A stretch of DNA of 64,000 nucleotides, taken from contig CAWEYG010000003.1 of the NCBI GenBank assembly GCA_963813155.1, positions 192,001 to 256,000 of the forward strand, read 5' to 3'. The stretch is from an uncultured Acidobacteriota bacterium. Lineage in GTDB: Bacteria > Acidobacteriota > Thermoanaerobaculia > UBA5066 > DATFVB01. Under the pieces are notes generated by a model. That model was given only the letters and a program-made list of their open reading frames with translations, was not told where the DNA came from and made no database searches. Shown one piece after another: positions 34,105-43,937 of this stretch; the first letter of the stretch is position 1; each line of letters begins with the position of its first letter. The position numbers and the translations under genes are program-made.

Positions 34105-35850
34105 ATGGAAACAGAAACAGACACCGAGCTGAGCCCGGCGGAATACGAAAGCCTCATCGCCGAGTACGAAAACACCCTGAAGAACCTTCAGGAGGGGCAG
34201 ATCATCCGGGGACGGGTGATCCAGGTCTCCCCGTCCGAAGTGATCGTGGACATCGGTTACAAGTCCGAAGGCGTCATTTCGATCGCGGAATTCACCGACT
34301 ACGAAGGACGGGTCACGGTCGCCGTCGGCGACCGGATCGACGTCCTCCTGGAGTCGACCGAAGACCAGAACGGGTACGTCGTCCTCTCGAAGGACAAGGC
34401 CGAGAAGATGCGCGTCTGGGACGACGTCGAAAAGGCCTACCGCGACGGAACGAACGTCCGCGGCCGGATCATCGACCGCATCAAGGGGGGCCTCGCCGTG
34501 GACATCGGCGTGAAGGCGTTCCTTCCCGGGTCCCTCGTGGACACGAAGCCGGTGAAGAACCTCGACTTCCTGCGCGGCAAGGAGTTCGATTTCAAGGTCA
34601 TCTCCGTGGACAAGAAGCGCGGCAACATCGTGCTTTCCCGAAAGGCCGTGATCGAAGTCGAGCAGGAGTCGAAGAAGAAGGAAACGCTCGCCCAGCTCGA
34701 AGAGGGGCGCGTTCTCCGCGGAACCGTCAAGAACCTCACCGACTACGGCGCGTTCGTCGACCTCGGCGGCCTCGACGGGCTGCTCCACGTGACGGATATC
34801 TCCTGGGGCAGGATCAACCACCCGTCCGACGTGCTCAAGGTCGGCGACGAAATCGACGTCGTCGTTCTGAAATTCGACAAGGAGACCGAGCGGGTTTCGC
34901 TCGGGACGAAGCAGCTGACCGCGGACCCCTGGGAGCAGGTTCCCGAGAAATATGCCGTCGGATCGCGAGTTTCCGGCCGCGTCACGAACGTCACGGATTA
35001 CGGCGCTTTCGTGGAGCTGGAGCAGGGCATCGAAGGCCTGATCCACGTCTCGGAGATGTCCTGGTCCAAGAAGATGAAGAACCCCTCGAAGGTCGTCTCG
35101 GTCGGCGACTCGGTCGAGGCGATCATCTCGGACGTGAACACCGACACGCGACGAATTTCCCTCTCTCTCAAGAACACGCTTCCCGACCCGTGGGAAGGCG
35201 TGATGGAGAAATACGCCGTCGGAACCGAGATCACGGGAAAGGTGCGAAACCTGACGGACTTCGGCGCGTTCGTGGAGATCGAAGAGGGCGTCGACGGACT
35301 GATCCACGTGTCCGACATGTCCTGGACCAAGAGGATCAAGCATCCGTCGGAAGTCCTCAAGAAGGGCGACGAAGTCCGCGCGACGATCACCCACATCGAT
35401 CCCGAGAACCGGCGGATTTCGCTTTCGATCAAGGAGTTTCTCCCGAACGAGTGGGAAGACTTCAAGAAGAAGCACCAGGTCGGATCCGTCGTCGAGGGGA
35501 CGGTCACCCGAATCGCGGATTTCGGCGTTTTCGTCAACATCGACGGGATGGTCGAAGGGTTGATGCACGTTTCCGAGACCCCGCTCACGCGCGGCCAGAA
35601 GCCCCAGGAGTTCTACGCCGAAGGCCAGAAGGTACGGGCGACGATTCTCCGGATCGAGGACGAGGAAATGAAGGTCGGGCTTTCGTCCCGCGAAACGGCC
35701 GAACCCGTCGCCGAGGCGCCGGCCGCGGCGGCGGCCCCGGTGGAGGCGGCCCCGGAGGCCGCCGCGCCCGAAGTCGTCGCGGAGCCGGAGGCTCCCGCCC
35801 CGAAGAAGAAGCGGACCCGGAAGAAGGCGGGCTCGAGCGAGTCCGAATAA
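34105..35850 (+). CDS. rpsA: 30S ribosomal protein S1 (alternative GTG start at 34060)
   Basis: Repeated S1 domains (DIGYKSEG, AFLPGS, TDYGAFV..DGLLHVTDISW); follows cmk. Confidence 0.96.
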   Translation: METETDTELSPAEYESLIAEYENTLKNLQEGQIIRGRVIQVSPSEVIVDIGYKSEGVISIAEFTDYEGRVTVAVGDRIDVLLESTEDQNGYVVLSKDKAEKMRVWDDVEKAYRDGTNVRGRIIDRIKGGLAVDIGVKAFLPGSLVDTKPVKNLDFLRGKEFDFKVISVDKKRGNIVLSRKAVIEVEQESKKKETLAQLEEGRVLRGTVKNLTDYGAFVDLGGLDGLLHVTDISWGRINHPSDVLKVGDEIDVVVLKFDKETERVSLGTKQLTADPWEQVPEKYAVGSRVSGRVTNVTDYGAFVELEQGIEGLIHVSEMSWSKKMKNPSKVVSVGDSVEAIISDVNTDTRRISLSLKNTLPDPWEGVMEKYAVGTEITGKVRNLTDFGAFVEIEEGVDGLIHVSDMSWTKRIKHPSEVLKKGDEVRATITHIDPENRRISLSIKEFLPNEWEDFKKKHQVGSVVEGTVTRIADFGVFVNIDGMVEGLMHVSETPLTRGQKPQEFYAEGQKVRATILRIEDEEMKVGLSSRETAEPVAEAPAAAAAPVEAAPEAAAPEVVAEPEAPAPKKKRTRKKAGSSESE

Positions 35851-35857
35851 GAGCGCA

Positions 35858-36133
35858 ATGACGAAAGCCGAATTGATCGAGAAAGTCCTGGCGGCGGCCG
35901 ACCTGAACAAGAAGGAAGCGGAGGCGGCGGTCGAAACGTTCTTCGACTCCATCATTCGGTCGTTGCGGGGCGGGGAAAAGATCGAGCTGCGGGGTTTCGG
36001 GTCCTTCCGGCTCCGATCGCGCGGCGCTCGCGTGGGAAGAAACCCGAAGACCGGCGAAAAGGTCAACGTTCCCGCGAAGCGAATCCCCTATTTCAAGCCG
36101 GGCAAAGAGCTCAAAGAACTCATCAACCGGTGA
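35858..36133 (+). CDS. ihfB: HU/integration host factor beta-like protein
   Basis: MTKAELI, IELRGFGSF, GRNPKTGE, PYFKPGKEL; directly after rpsA. Confidence 0.85.
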   Translation: MTKAELIEKVLAAADLNKKEAEAAVETFFDSIIRSLRGGEKIELRGFGSFRLRSRGARVGRNPKTGEKVNVPAKRIPYFKPGKELKELINR

Positions 36134-36155
36134 CGCGGAGACCGGCGGGGCGCGA

Positions 36156-36656
36156 GTGGAGAACCTCTTTGCACCCTGGCGCCTGAAATACCTCATGTCG
36201 GAGAAGACGAAGTCCTGCATCTTCTGCGATGCGCTTCGGGCGGAGCCCGGGCCCGACAACCTCGTGGTCGACCGGAAGGATCGGGTGTTCGCGATGCTGA
36301 ACCGGTACCCTTACGCGAACGGGCACGTGATGGTGGCGCCGGTGGCCCACGAGGCCCGACTGTCCGAAAGCGACCCCGAGACCCTCGCCGAGTTGATCCG
36401 CGAAGTGGCGCTCTCGCAGGAGGTCCTCGACGGGCTCTACCGGCCTGCGGGCTTCAACGTCGGCGCGAACTTCGGCCGGGCGGGGGGAGCGGGCATCGAG
36501 GACCACTACCATTTCCACGTGGTGCCGCGGTGGGAGGGCGACGTGAATTTCATGACCGTGACGGGCGACACGCGCGTGATCCCCGAGGAGCTTTCGACGA
36601 CGCAGCGCAACGTCTCGTCGGCGTTCGAGAAGAAGCGCCAGGCGGTGTCCCGATGA
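36156..36656 (+). CDS. HIT family hydrolase
   Basis: LFAPWR, CIFC, LNRYPY..GH, HYHFHVVPRW. Confidence 0.9.
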   Translation: MENLFAPWRLKYLMSEKTKSCIFCDALRAEPGPDNLVVDRKDRVFAMLNRYPYANGHVMVAPVAHEARLSESDPETLAELIREVALSQEVLDGLYRPAGFNVGANFGRAGGAGIEDHYHFHVVPRWEGDVNFMTVTGDTRVIPEELSTTQRNVSSAFEKKRQAVSR

Positions 36657-37033
36657 ACAACGAGAAGGGCAACCTCTTCGTCGCCCTGCTCCTGGCGTGG
36701 CTCTTTCCGGGTCTCGGCCACGCCTACCTCGGGCGCCGTTCCACGGCGGTCCTCTACGCTCTCATCGTGACGGCGGCGTTCGCCCTGGGAGTCGGATACC
36801 ACGGAAAGCTGTACACCCAGGAGCCCGATCATCCGCTGACGATCCTCGCGACCTTCGCGTGTTACGGGGCGGGAATCCTCAACATCGGGGGCCGGCTGCT
36901 GCTCGACAATCCGGCGGGGAACATCCTCTCGCCGACGTTCGAATTCGGGTGCGCGTTTCTCCTGACGGCCGGCATGATGAATCTGCTGCTCATGCTCGAC
37001 GCCTACGACATCTTCACGGGAGCCAAGCCGTGA
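36653..37033 (+). CDS. DUF6677-like membrane protein
   Basis: LAWLFPGLGHAYLG; AGMMNLLLMLDAYD; 4-nt overlaps with neighbours. Confidence 0.7.
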   Translation: MNNEKGNLFVALLLAWLFPGLGHAYLGRRSTAVLYALIVTAAFALGVGYHGKLYTQEPDHPLTILATFACYGAGILNIGGRLLLDNPAGNILSPTFEFGCAFLLTAGMMNLLLMLDAYDIFTGAKP

Positions 37034-37215
37034 TCGCGACCGACCACTTCGTGGCGATGTCCCTCTACGCGCTGCTCACGGCGTCGTTCTTCGCCCTCCT
37101 GTGGCGATCCGGCCGGCGGGAACGGTGGAAGTACTTCGCTTTCGTTCTGCTTTGCATGCTCCTGGGGGCCATTGCGGCCGGGTGGGCGATGTACCCGGTC
37201 CCCCCCCACCCCTGA
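37030..37215 (+). CDS. small 2-TM hypothetical protein
   Basis: HFVAMSLYALLTASFFALL..YFAFVLLCMLLGAIAAGWAMYP; GTGA overlap with the previous gene. Confidence 0.65.
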   Translation: MIATDHFVAMSLYALLTASFFALLWRSGRRERWKYFAFVLLCMLLGAIAAGWAMYPVPPHP

Positions 37216-37222
37216 CTTCGCC

Positions 37223-38329
37223 ATGAACGTGCTGATCTCTTCCGGCGAATCCTCCGGGGATCGCCTGGGCGCCGCTCTCATGCGCGAAATGCACAAGCGC
37301 CGGGCGGGGATCTCCTTCCAGGGAATGGGAGGCCCCCGAATGCGGGCGGCCGGCCTCGAAACCGCGGTCGACTCGGAGACGGTCTCGGTCATGGGTTTCT
37401 TCGAGGTGATCGCGAAACTTCCGCGAATCTGGCTGTCCCATCGCCGCCTTTTGAGCCAGGCGCGCGACGGAAATCCGGCGCTCGCGATCCTCGTGGATTT
37501 TCCCGATTTTCATTTCCGGCTCGGCAAGGCGCTCGCGCGGCGGGGCATTCCGGTCGTCTACTACGTTTCGCCCCAGGTCTGGGCCTGGCGCCCCGGGCGG
37601 GTCCGGGTCATGAAATCCTTCGTCCGCCGAATGATCACGCTGTTTCCGTTCGAGGTCGAGATCTACCGGGAGGCGGGTATCGACGCGGTGTGCGCCGGCC
37701 ATCCCCTCGCCGACGAAGTGGAGATGGAGCTGGCGGCTTCGCCCGCGGCCCCCCGGGACCCGGCAAAAAAGCGCGTCGTCCTGATGCCGGGGAGCCGTCG
37801 CGGCGAGGTCCGCCGCCACTGGCCGATCTTTCGCGAGGCCGTCCGGAAGCTCGCCGAAACCTTCCCGATCGAGGCGTTCGTCGTTCCGGCCCCGGGACTG
37901 TCGCACGATCTCTTTCCGGGCGCGCAGCATGACGGCATTTCGATGTTCTCCGGAAATCTCGACGCCCTGCTCGCCTCGTGCGACGTTCTGATCGTCGCGT
38001 CGGGAACCTCCACTCTTCAGGGCGCCCTCTGCGGAGCGCCGATGGTCGTGGTCTATCGCACCTCGCCGGCGACGTTCGCGGTCGCCCGGAGACTCGTCCA
38101 GGTCAGCCACGTCGCCCTCGCGAACATCGTCGCGGGAGACCGGGTTGCTCCGGAGCTGCTCCAGGACGACGCGACTCCCGAGCGGATCGCGAGCGAGGCG
38201 GGCCGCCTCCTGCGGGATCCGGCCGCCGCCGAGAGGATGCGGGCGCGGTGGCGGACCCTGTGGGACCGGCTCGGCCCCCGCAACGCCGCCGCCCACGCGG
38301 CCGAGGCGGTTCTCCAGGTGATGCCGGCG
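37223..38329 (+). CDS. lpxB: lipid-A-disaccharide synthase (in frame with msbA, no stop in this sequence)
   Basis: SGESSGD, VDFPDF, YYVSPQVWAWR, MPGSRRGE, SGTSTL, LANI, PELLQ. Confidence 0.92.
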
Positions 38330-40201
38330 ATGACGATCCTGCGGCGGCTCCTCGGCTACTTCCGGCCCTACCGGGGCCGAGCCGCGGCGGCTCTGCTCGC
38401 GATGGCGCTCGTCGCGCTCTCGACCGGCGCGCTCGTCTTCTTCTTTCGGTCCCTCTTCGACGACGTCCTCGCCCCGGCTCCCGGGAGCGGCGCGCAGACG
38501 GAACTGTTGTCGAAGATCGGAAAGGGCGGCGCCCCCTCCGCCGCGTCTTTTCGCCGTCTCGACGTGGCGTACGCCAACGTGAAGACCTCTCTGGCGCACC
38601 GCGGGATTCCGCTGAAGGTGGCCGTCCCCCTCCTCCTTCTGCTGGCGCTGATCTCGAAGAACGTCTTTTCCTACGTTTCCGAGTTCCAATTCAACGGGAT
38701 CGGGCTGTCGATGGTGCGCGACCTCCGGGCCGACGCGTACGACAAGCTGCTCTCTCAATCCTCGCGCTTCTACTCGGAATCGACGACCGGCGATCTGATG
38801 AGCCGGCTGCTCGGCGACGTCGAGTTGATCCAGGGGGCTTTCGGCACGCGGATCGCGGACCTCTTCCAGGGAATTCTCACGATCGCGGTGATGCTGACGT
38901 ACGTGATCCTCCTGAATCCCATGTTGACGCTTTTCGCGCTTGCCGTGGCTCCGCTTCTTCTCTGGCCGATCGTCGAGATCTCGACGAGACTTCGGAGGAC
39001 GACGTTTTCGTCGCGAGAGCGGATGGGGGAGATCGGCGACATCCTCGAAGAGACCGTCCGGGGTCACCGGATCGTGAAGACGTACGGGATGGAGCCCTTC
39101 GAGTCCGGACGATTCCGCGCCGCGAATCAGAAGTATTTCCGCGTCAACCTGAAGACGATCCGAATCCAGGCGATCTCCTCTCCCTTGATGGAGATCCTCG
39201 CGGGTTCGGGCCTGACCGCTCTGTTCCTGTACGCCGCGAACCAGATCAGCGCCGGACGGATGAAGATCGGCGATCTGCTTTCGTTCCTGATCGCGCTCCT
39301 GACGATGTACGCGCCGATCAAATACATCACGAAAGTGAATCTCGCGCTCCAGCAGGCGATTTCCTCGGCGGCGAGAATTTTCGACCTGATGGACCGGCCC
39401 AACGACATCCGAGAAGCCCCCGGGGCGCCGGGGCTCGCCACCTTTCACGGGGCAATCCGATTCGAGAACGTCTCGTTCCGCTACGGCGACGAGAACGTTT
39501 TGAAGGGCGTCACGCTGGAGATTCCGCGCGGCCAGACGGTCGCGCTCGTCGGGCCGTCGGGAGGGGGAAAGACGACGCTCGTGAACCTGCTTCCCCGGCT
39601 GTACGATCCGAATGAAGGGAGAGTCATGATCGACGGGCAGGACATCCGTTCGGTGACGATCGCGTCGCTGCGCGCCCAGATCGCGCTCGTCACCCAGGAG
39701 CAGGTGTTGTTCAACGGGACCGCCCGGACCAACATTGCTTACGGGCGCGACGATGCGCCCGAGGCCGACGTCGTGGCCGCGGCGAAGGCCGCCCGGGCCG
39801 ACGAGTTCCTGCGCGCCCAGTCCGAGGGTTACGACACGCCCGTCGGGGAGAACGCGGGACGCCTCTCCGGCGGTCAGCGGCAGCGCCTCTCCATCGCGCG
39901 GGCGTTCTTCAAGGACGCCCCGATTCTGATTCTCGACGAAGCCACCTCTCAGCTCGATTCTGAATCGGAGGCGGCGGTTGCCGACGCTCTCGTCAGCCTC
40001 ATGGCGGGCAAGACGACGCTCGTCATCGCGCATCGCCTTTCGACGGTCCGGCGGGCCGACCGTATCGTCGTGCTGGACGGCGGCTCGGTCGTCGAGGAAG
40101 GCACGCACGCGGAACTGCTGGCTCGGGGCGGGCTCTACCGCCGACTCTACGAGATGCAGTATTTCGATCGGGCGGCACAGGAAGCGGGAGCCCCCGCATG
40201 A
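38330..40201 (+). CDS. msbA: lipid A flippase ABC transporter (MsbA-like)
   Basis: ABC TM domain plus GPSGGGKT, LSGGQRQR, ILDEATS, IAHRLST; adjacent to lpxB. Confidence 0.85.
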   Translation: MTILRRLLGYFRPYRGRAAAALLAMALVALSTGALVFFFRSLFDDVLAPAPGSGAQTELLSKIGKGGAPSAASFRRLDVAYANVKTSLAHRGIPLKVAVPLLLLLALISKNVFSYVSEFQFNGIGLSMVRDLRADAYDKLLSQSSRFYSESTTGDLMSRLLGDVELIQGAFGTRIADLFQGILTIAVMLTYVILLNPMLTLFALAVAPLLLWPIVEISTRLRRTTFSSRERMGEIGDILEETVRGHRIVKTYGMEPFESGRFRAANQKYFRVNLKTIRIQAISSPLMEILAGSGLTALFLYAANQISAGRMKIGDLLSFLIALLTMYAPIKYITKVNLALQQAISSAARIFDLMDRPNDIREAPGAPGLATFHGAIRFENVSFRYGDENVLKGVTLEIPRGQTVALVGPSGGGKTTLVNLLPRLYDPNEGRVMIDGQDIRSVTIASLRAQIALVTQEQVLFNGTARTNIAYGRDDAPEADVVAAAKAARADEFLRAQSEGYDTPVGENAGRLSGGQRQRLSIARAFFKDAPILILDEATSQLDSESEAAVADALVSLMAGKTTLVIAHRLSTVRRADRIVVLDGGSVVEEGTHAELLARGGLYRRLYEMQYFDRAAQEAGAPA

Positions 40202-41085
40202 GCGTCCGCAGCATGACCGGGTTCGGGCGCGCGCACGGGACGGCGGGCGACTGGAACGTCGACGTCGTCGTGCGCTCGGTGAACCACCGCTTCTTCGATC
40301 TGAGCCTGCGCGTCCGGGAGGATCACGCGGAGCTGGAGCCCGTCGTGCGCCGCGTGATCGCCGCGCGCGTCGCTCGCGGCAAGGTCGACGTGACGCTCCG
40401 GCTCCACCGCGCCCGGGATCCCCTCCACGAGATCACGATCAACGAATCCTTGCTGCAGGCCCTGCTCGCGCGTTTCACGGATCTTTCCGGCCGGTACCCG
40501 ATCGGGGGGCGTCTCGAGGTGCGCGATTTGCTGACGGTTCCTCAGGTCGTCCGCGTCGAAGGAACCGGCGAGAGCCTGGAAGGGGAGGAAGCCGAGAAGA
40601 TCGCCGCGGTCGTCGCGGTCGCCATCGACGAGCTCGTGTCGATGCGGGCGTCGGAGGGCAGCCTTCTCGCGGCGGACCTGCGGGAGCGCCTCGATTTTCT
40701 CCGTCAGCGTCTTTCGAGGATCTCCGCGGCCCGAAACGACGTGCTGAAACGCCTGCATGACGCCCTGAAGGAGCGTCTCGCCCTTCTTTTCGCGGAGACG
40801 CCGCTCGACAGCGGCCGCCTCGAGCAGGAGGCCGTGCTGCTGGTGGACCGATCGGACATCTCCGAAGAGGTGACGCGGCTCGCGTCCCATCTGGAGCAGT
40901 TCGAGGGTCTTCTCGGCGAGGGCGCCGAGCCGGTCGGAAAGAAACTCGATTTCCTGGCCCAGGAGATCCAGCGCGAGATCAACACGATCGGCTCGAAATG
41001 CCGCGACCTCTTCATCATGCGCGAGGTGATCGACATGAAGACGGAAACCGAAAAGATCCGCGAACAGGTTCAGAACCTCGAATGA
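40198..41085 (+). CDS. yicC: YicC/YloC family endoribonuclease
   Basis: SMTGFGR, RSVNHRF, RGKVD, DISEE..RL.SH, GKKLDFLAQE..RE.NTIGSK, REQVQNLE. Confidence 0.93.
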   Translation: MSVRSMTGFGRAHGTAGDWNVDVVVRSVNHRFFDLSLRVREDHAELEPVVRRVIAARVARGKVDVTLRLHRARDPLHEITINESLLQALLARFTDLSGRYPIGGRLEVRDLLTVPQVVRVEGTGESLEGEEAEKIAAVVAVAIDELVSMRASEGSLLAADLRERLDFLRQRLSRISAARNDVLKRLHDALKERLALLFAETPLDSGRLEQEAVLLVDRSDISEEVTRLASHLEQFEGLLGEGAEPVGKKLDFLAQEIQREINTIGSKCRDLFIMREVIDMKTETEKIREQVQNLE

Positions 41086-41705
41086 GCGAGCTCGCCGCGG
41101 GGGACCTCTTCATCGTGTCGTCGCCCTCCGGCGGAGGCAAGACGACCCTCATCTCGCGCCTGCTGACCCATCGGGGCGGCGACCTGCATTTCTCGGTTTC
41201 CCACACCACCCGGTCGCGCCGCTCGGGAGAGCAGGACGGACGGGAGTACCACTTCGTGTCGGCGAAGGACTTTCGGGAAATGATCGGGCGCGACGAGTTC
41301 CTCGAGTGGGCGGAGGTCCACGGAAACCTCTACGGGACAGCGAGGAAGGAAGTGCTTTCCCGCCTCCGCGCCGGGCAGGACGTGATCCTCGACATCGACG
41401 TTCAGGGGGTGCGGCAGGTCAAGCAGAAGTACCCGACCTCCATCGCGATCTTCATCCTTCCGCCTTCGGCCGAAGAGCTCAGTCGCCGCCTGCGGGCCCG
41501 GGGGCTCGACGACGAGGCCCAGATCGAGAAACGGCTCGCCAACGCGGCCCGGGAGATCGGGGAAGTGTCGCTGTACGACTATGCTATTATCAACGAGGAT
41601 TTGGACAAGGCTCTCGGCGGGCTGGACGCGATCGTCACCGCCGCTCGTTTGCGCCCGGGGCGTCTCCAGGAACAGGTCGCCAGGATTCGCAAGCAGTTTG
41701 TTTAG
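41082..41705 (+). CDS. gmk: guanylate kinase
   Basis: SPSGGGKTT, SVSHTTR..R.GE.DG..YHF, EWAEVHGNLYGT, DIDVQG. Confidence 0.95.
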   Translation: MSELAAGDLFIVSSPSGGGKTTLISRLLTHRGGDLHFSVSHTTRSRRSGEQDGREYHFVSAKDFREMIGRDEFLEWAEVHGNLYGTARKEVLSRLRAGQDVILDIDVQGVRQVKQKYPTSIAIFILPPSAEELSRRLRARGLDDEAQIEKRLANAAREIGEVSLYDYAIINEDLDKALGGLDAIVTAARLRPGRLQEQVARIRKQFV

Positions 41706-41718
41706 AGGGAGTTGACAC

Positions 41719-41964
41719 GTGATTCAGAATCTACCCGAGGGAGTCGACAGCAAGTTCCGGATGGTCGTCCTGCTCGCCCGCCGCGCGGAGCAATTGATGC
41801 GGGGCGCCCGCCCGAAGATCGAGGGTGGGCCCTCGAAACCGACCCGGATGGCCGCACAGGAGTTCTCCGACAACCTGATTCGCTGGGACTTCGGCCCCGA
41901 GGGAGGGTTCCTCCCGACGGACGGCGAAGAGGTCGAAGCGGCGGACTCGGAGAACGCCGAATAG
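41719..41964 (+). CDS. rpoZ: RNA polymerase omega subunit
   Basis: DSKFRMVVLLARRAEQL..GA.P..KP...A..E; position between gmk and coaBC. Confidence 0.88.
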   Translation: MIQNLPEGVDSKFRMVVLLARRAEQLMRGARPKIEGGPSKPTRMAAQEFSDNLIRWDFGPEGGFLPTDGEEVEAADSENAE

Positions 41965-41974
41965 AATTCGTTCC

Positions 41975-43177
41975 GTGAAAATCGTCCTGGGGATCACCGG
42001 CAGCATCGCGGCCTACAAGAGCGGCGATCTGGTTCGCCGGTTCGTCGAACGCGGCGACGAGGTGCAGGTCGTCCTGACGCGCACCGCCGGTAAGTTCGTC
42101 ACCCCGCTCACCCTCTCGGTCCTTTCCCGGCGTCCGGTCCACGACACGCTGTTCGGGGCCGCGGCCACCGTCGACCACGTCGATCTCGCCCGGTGGGCCG
42201 ATCTGCTCGTCGTCGCGCCGGCGACGGCAGAAGCGCTCGCGAAGCTTGCGCACGGGCTCGCGGACGACTTTCTTTCGACCTACGCTCTCGCTCACCACAA
42301 GCCGCTGCTGATCGCGCCGGCGATGGAATCCGCGATGTGGGCCCATCCCGCCGTCTCCGCCAACGTCGAGACCCTTCGGGCTCGGGGCGCGCGTTTCGTC
42401 GGGCCGAACACCGGATTTCTGGCGTCGGGATCGGAAGGCGCGGGACGGATGGCCGAGCCCGAAGAGGTCCTGCAGGCCGCCGTCTCGGTGATCGAGGGCA
42501 AGCACGATCTGGAAGGGCTGCGCGTCCTCGTGACCGCGGGCCCGACGCGGGAGGCGATCGACCCGATCCGGTTCGTCTCGAACCGCTCCTCCGGAAAGAT
42601 GGGGCTTGAGCTCGCCGAGAAGGCCCGCGCGCGCGGAGCTCGCGTCACGCTGCTGCTCGGCGGAGGCGCCGCGGTGTCCCCGACGCGGGGCCTGACCGTT
42701 CGCCGCTTCGAGACCGCCGCCGATCTTCAGGTGCTGCTCGACAGCGAATTCGCGAACTGCGACGTCCTCGTGATGGCCGCCGCCGTCGCGGATTTCATTC
42801 CGGAACGGCTCGGCCGGCGGATCCACCGGTCCGAAGGGCCGCGCAGCGTTTCGCTTGCGCCGGGGGCGGACCTGCTCGCCTCGATCGCGCCGAAAAAGGG
42901 ACGCCGTCTCGTCGTGGCGTTCGCAGCCGAATCGGGCGACGGACAGGAAGAGCGAGCGCGGCAGAAAATGTCGAGCAAGGGCGCGGACTGGATCGTCTGG
43001 AACGACGTCTCGAAGCCGGGGATCGGATTCGAGTCGGACGAAAACGAAGTCGTGCTTCTTTCGAGCTCGGGAAAACGAATCGAGGTCGACCGCCGGAGCA
43101 AGGCGGAAGTCGCGGAGAAAATCTGGGACGCGGTCTCCTCGACGCTCGCGTGGAAGGCGATTCCGGAGCAAGCCTGA
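41975..43177 (+). CDS. coaBC: phosphopantothenoylcysteine decarboxylase/synthetase
   Basis: GITGSIAAYK, APATA, APAM, VTAGPTREAIDPIRFVSNRSSGKMG, AAAVAD, FAAE. Confidence 0.95.
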   Translation: MKIVLGITGSIAAYKSGDLVRRFVERGDEVQVVLTRTAGKFVTPLTLSVLSRRPVHDTLFGAAATVDHVDLARWADLLVVAPATAEALAKLAHGLADDFLSTYALAHHKPLLIAPAMESAMWAHPAVSANVETLRARGARFVGPNTGFLASGSEGAGRMAEPEEVLQAAVSVIEGKHDLEGLRVLVTAGPTREAIDPIRFVSNRSSGKMGLELAEKARARGARVTLLLGGGAAVSPTRGLTVRRFETAADLQVLLDSEFANCDVLVMAAAVADFIPERLGRRIHRSEGPRSVSLAPGADLLASIAPKKGRRLVVAFAAESGDGQEERARQKMSSKGADWIVWNDVSKPGIGFESDENEVVLLSSSGKRIEVDRRSKAEVAEKIWDAVSSTLAWKAIPEQA

Positions 43178-43908
43178 AAGACGAGCTTCTCTACTTTCGG
43201 GACCTCGGCTTCCGGGAGTTGTTCGTCTCGCCCGGCGGCCGAAAAGCGCCGGCCGCCTCGCCCGCCGTTCCGCCGCAGGCGGCCCCCGTTCCCCTTCGGC
43301 CGGGAAGCGACGCGGTCCGGCCCGACCCGAGCCTTCGACCGGTCGTGCCGAGCGGGTTCCCCGACCTGGCCGCGTTGTCCGCCTTCGCCGCTTTTTGCCC
43401 GAGGTGCAAGCTGTCGTCCTCGCGCACACACATGGTACTCGGACAGGGGAGCGAGAAGGCGAGCCTCATGTTCATCGGAGAGGCGCCCGGGGCCGACGAA
43501 GACGCCCAGGCGCTCGCGTTCGTGGGGCGGGCAGGGCAGCTTCTGACGAAGATCATCGAGGCGATCGGCCTCTCCCGAAGCGACGTCTTCATTGCGAACG
43601 TGCTGAAGTGCCGGCCGCCGGAGAACCGCAACCCCGAACCGGACGAGGTGGAATCGTGCCTGCCCTACCTGCGAGAGCAGATCCGCTTGATCGCGCCCCG
43701 CGTGATCGTCACGCTCGGGACCTTCGCGAGCCAGGCGATCCTCGAGACCGACGTCTCGATCGGACGGCTACGCGGGCGCTTTCATCCCCTGGGCCCGGTC
43801 CGCGTCATGCCGACGTACCACCCGGCCTACCTGCTGCGAGACCCCTCGCGCAAGAAGGAGGTCTGGGCCGACATGAAACTCGTGCGCGAGGCGCTCCGGG
43901 ATGAGTAG
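43150..43908 (+). CDS. uracil-DNA glycosylase family 4 (Fe-S)
   Basis: CPRCKL, GEAPG..ED....FVGRAG, NVLKCRPPENR.P, TYHPAYLLR. Confidence 0.92.
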   Translation: MEGDSGASLKDELLYFRDLGFRELFVSPGGRKAPAASPAVPPQAAPVPLRPGSDAVRPDPSLRPVVPSGFPDLAALSAFAAFCPRCKLSSSRTHMVLGQGSEKASLMFIGEAPGADEDAQALAFVGRAGQLLTKIIEAIGLSRSDVFIANVLKCRPPENRNPEPDEVESCLPYLREQIRLIAPRVIVTLGTFASQAILETDVSIGRLRGRFHPLGPVRVMPTYHPAYLLRDPSRKKEVWADMKLVREALRDE

Positions 43909-43931
43909 GGGCGGGCCTCACGCCCGCCCCT
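43905..43931. repeat. GTAG-prefixed 10-bp perfect hairpin between convergent genes (REP-like element or terminator)
   Basis: GT-AGGGGCGGGC-CTCAC-GCCCGCCCCT. Confidence 0.55.
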
Positions 43932-43937
43932 GTCCAC

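Noticed and set aside
34700-35850. Internal DNA repeats and the Ala/Pro/Glu/Lys tail in rpsA
   Set aside because: Explained by tandem S1 domains and an ordinary low-complexity tail; not an array
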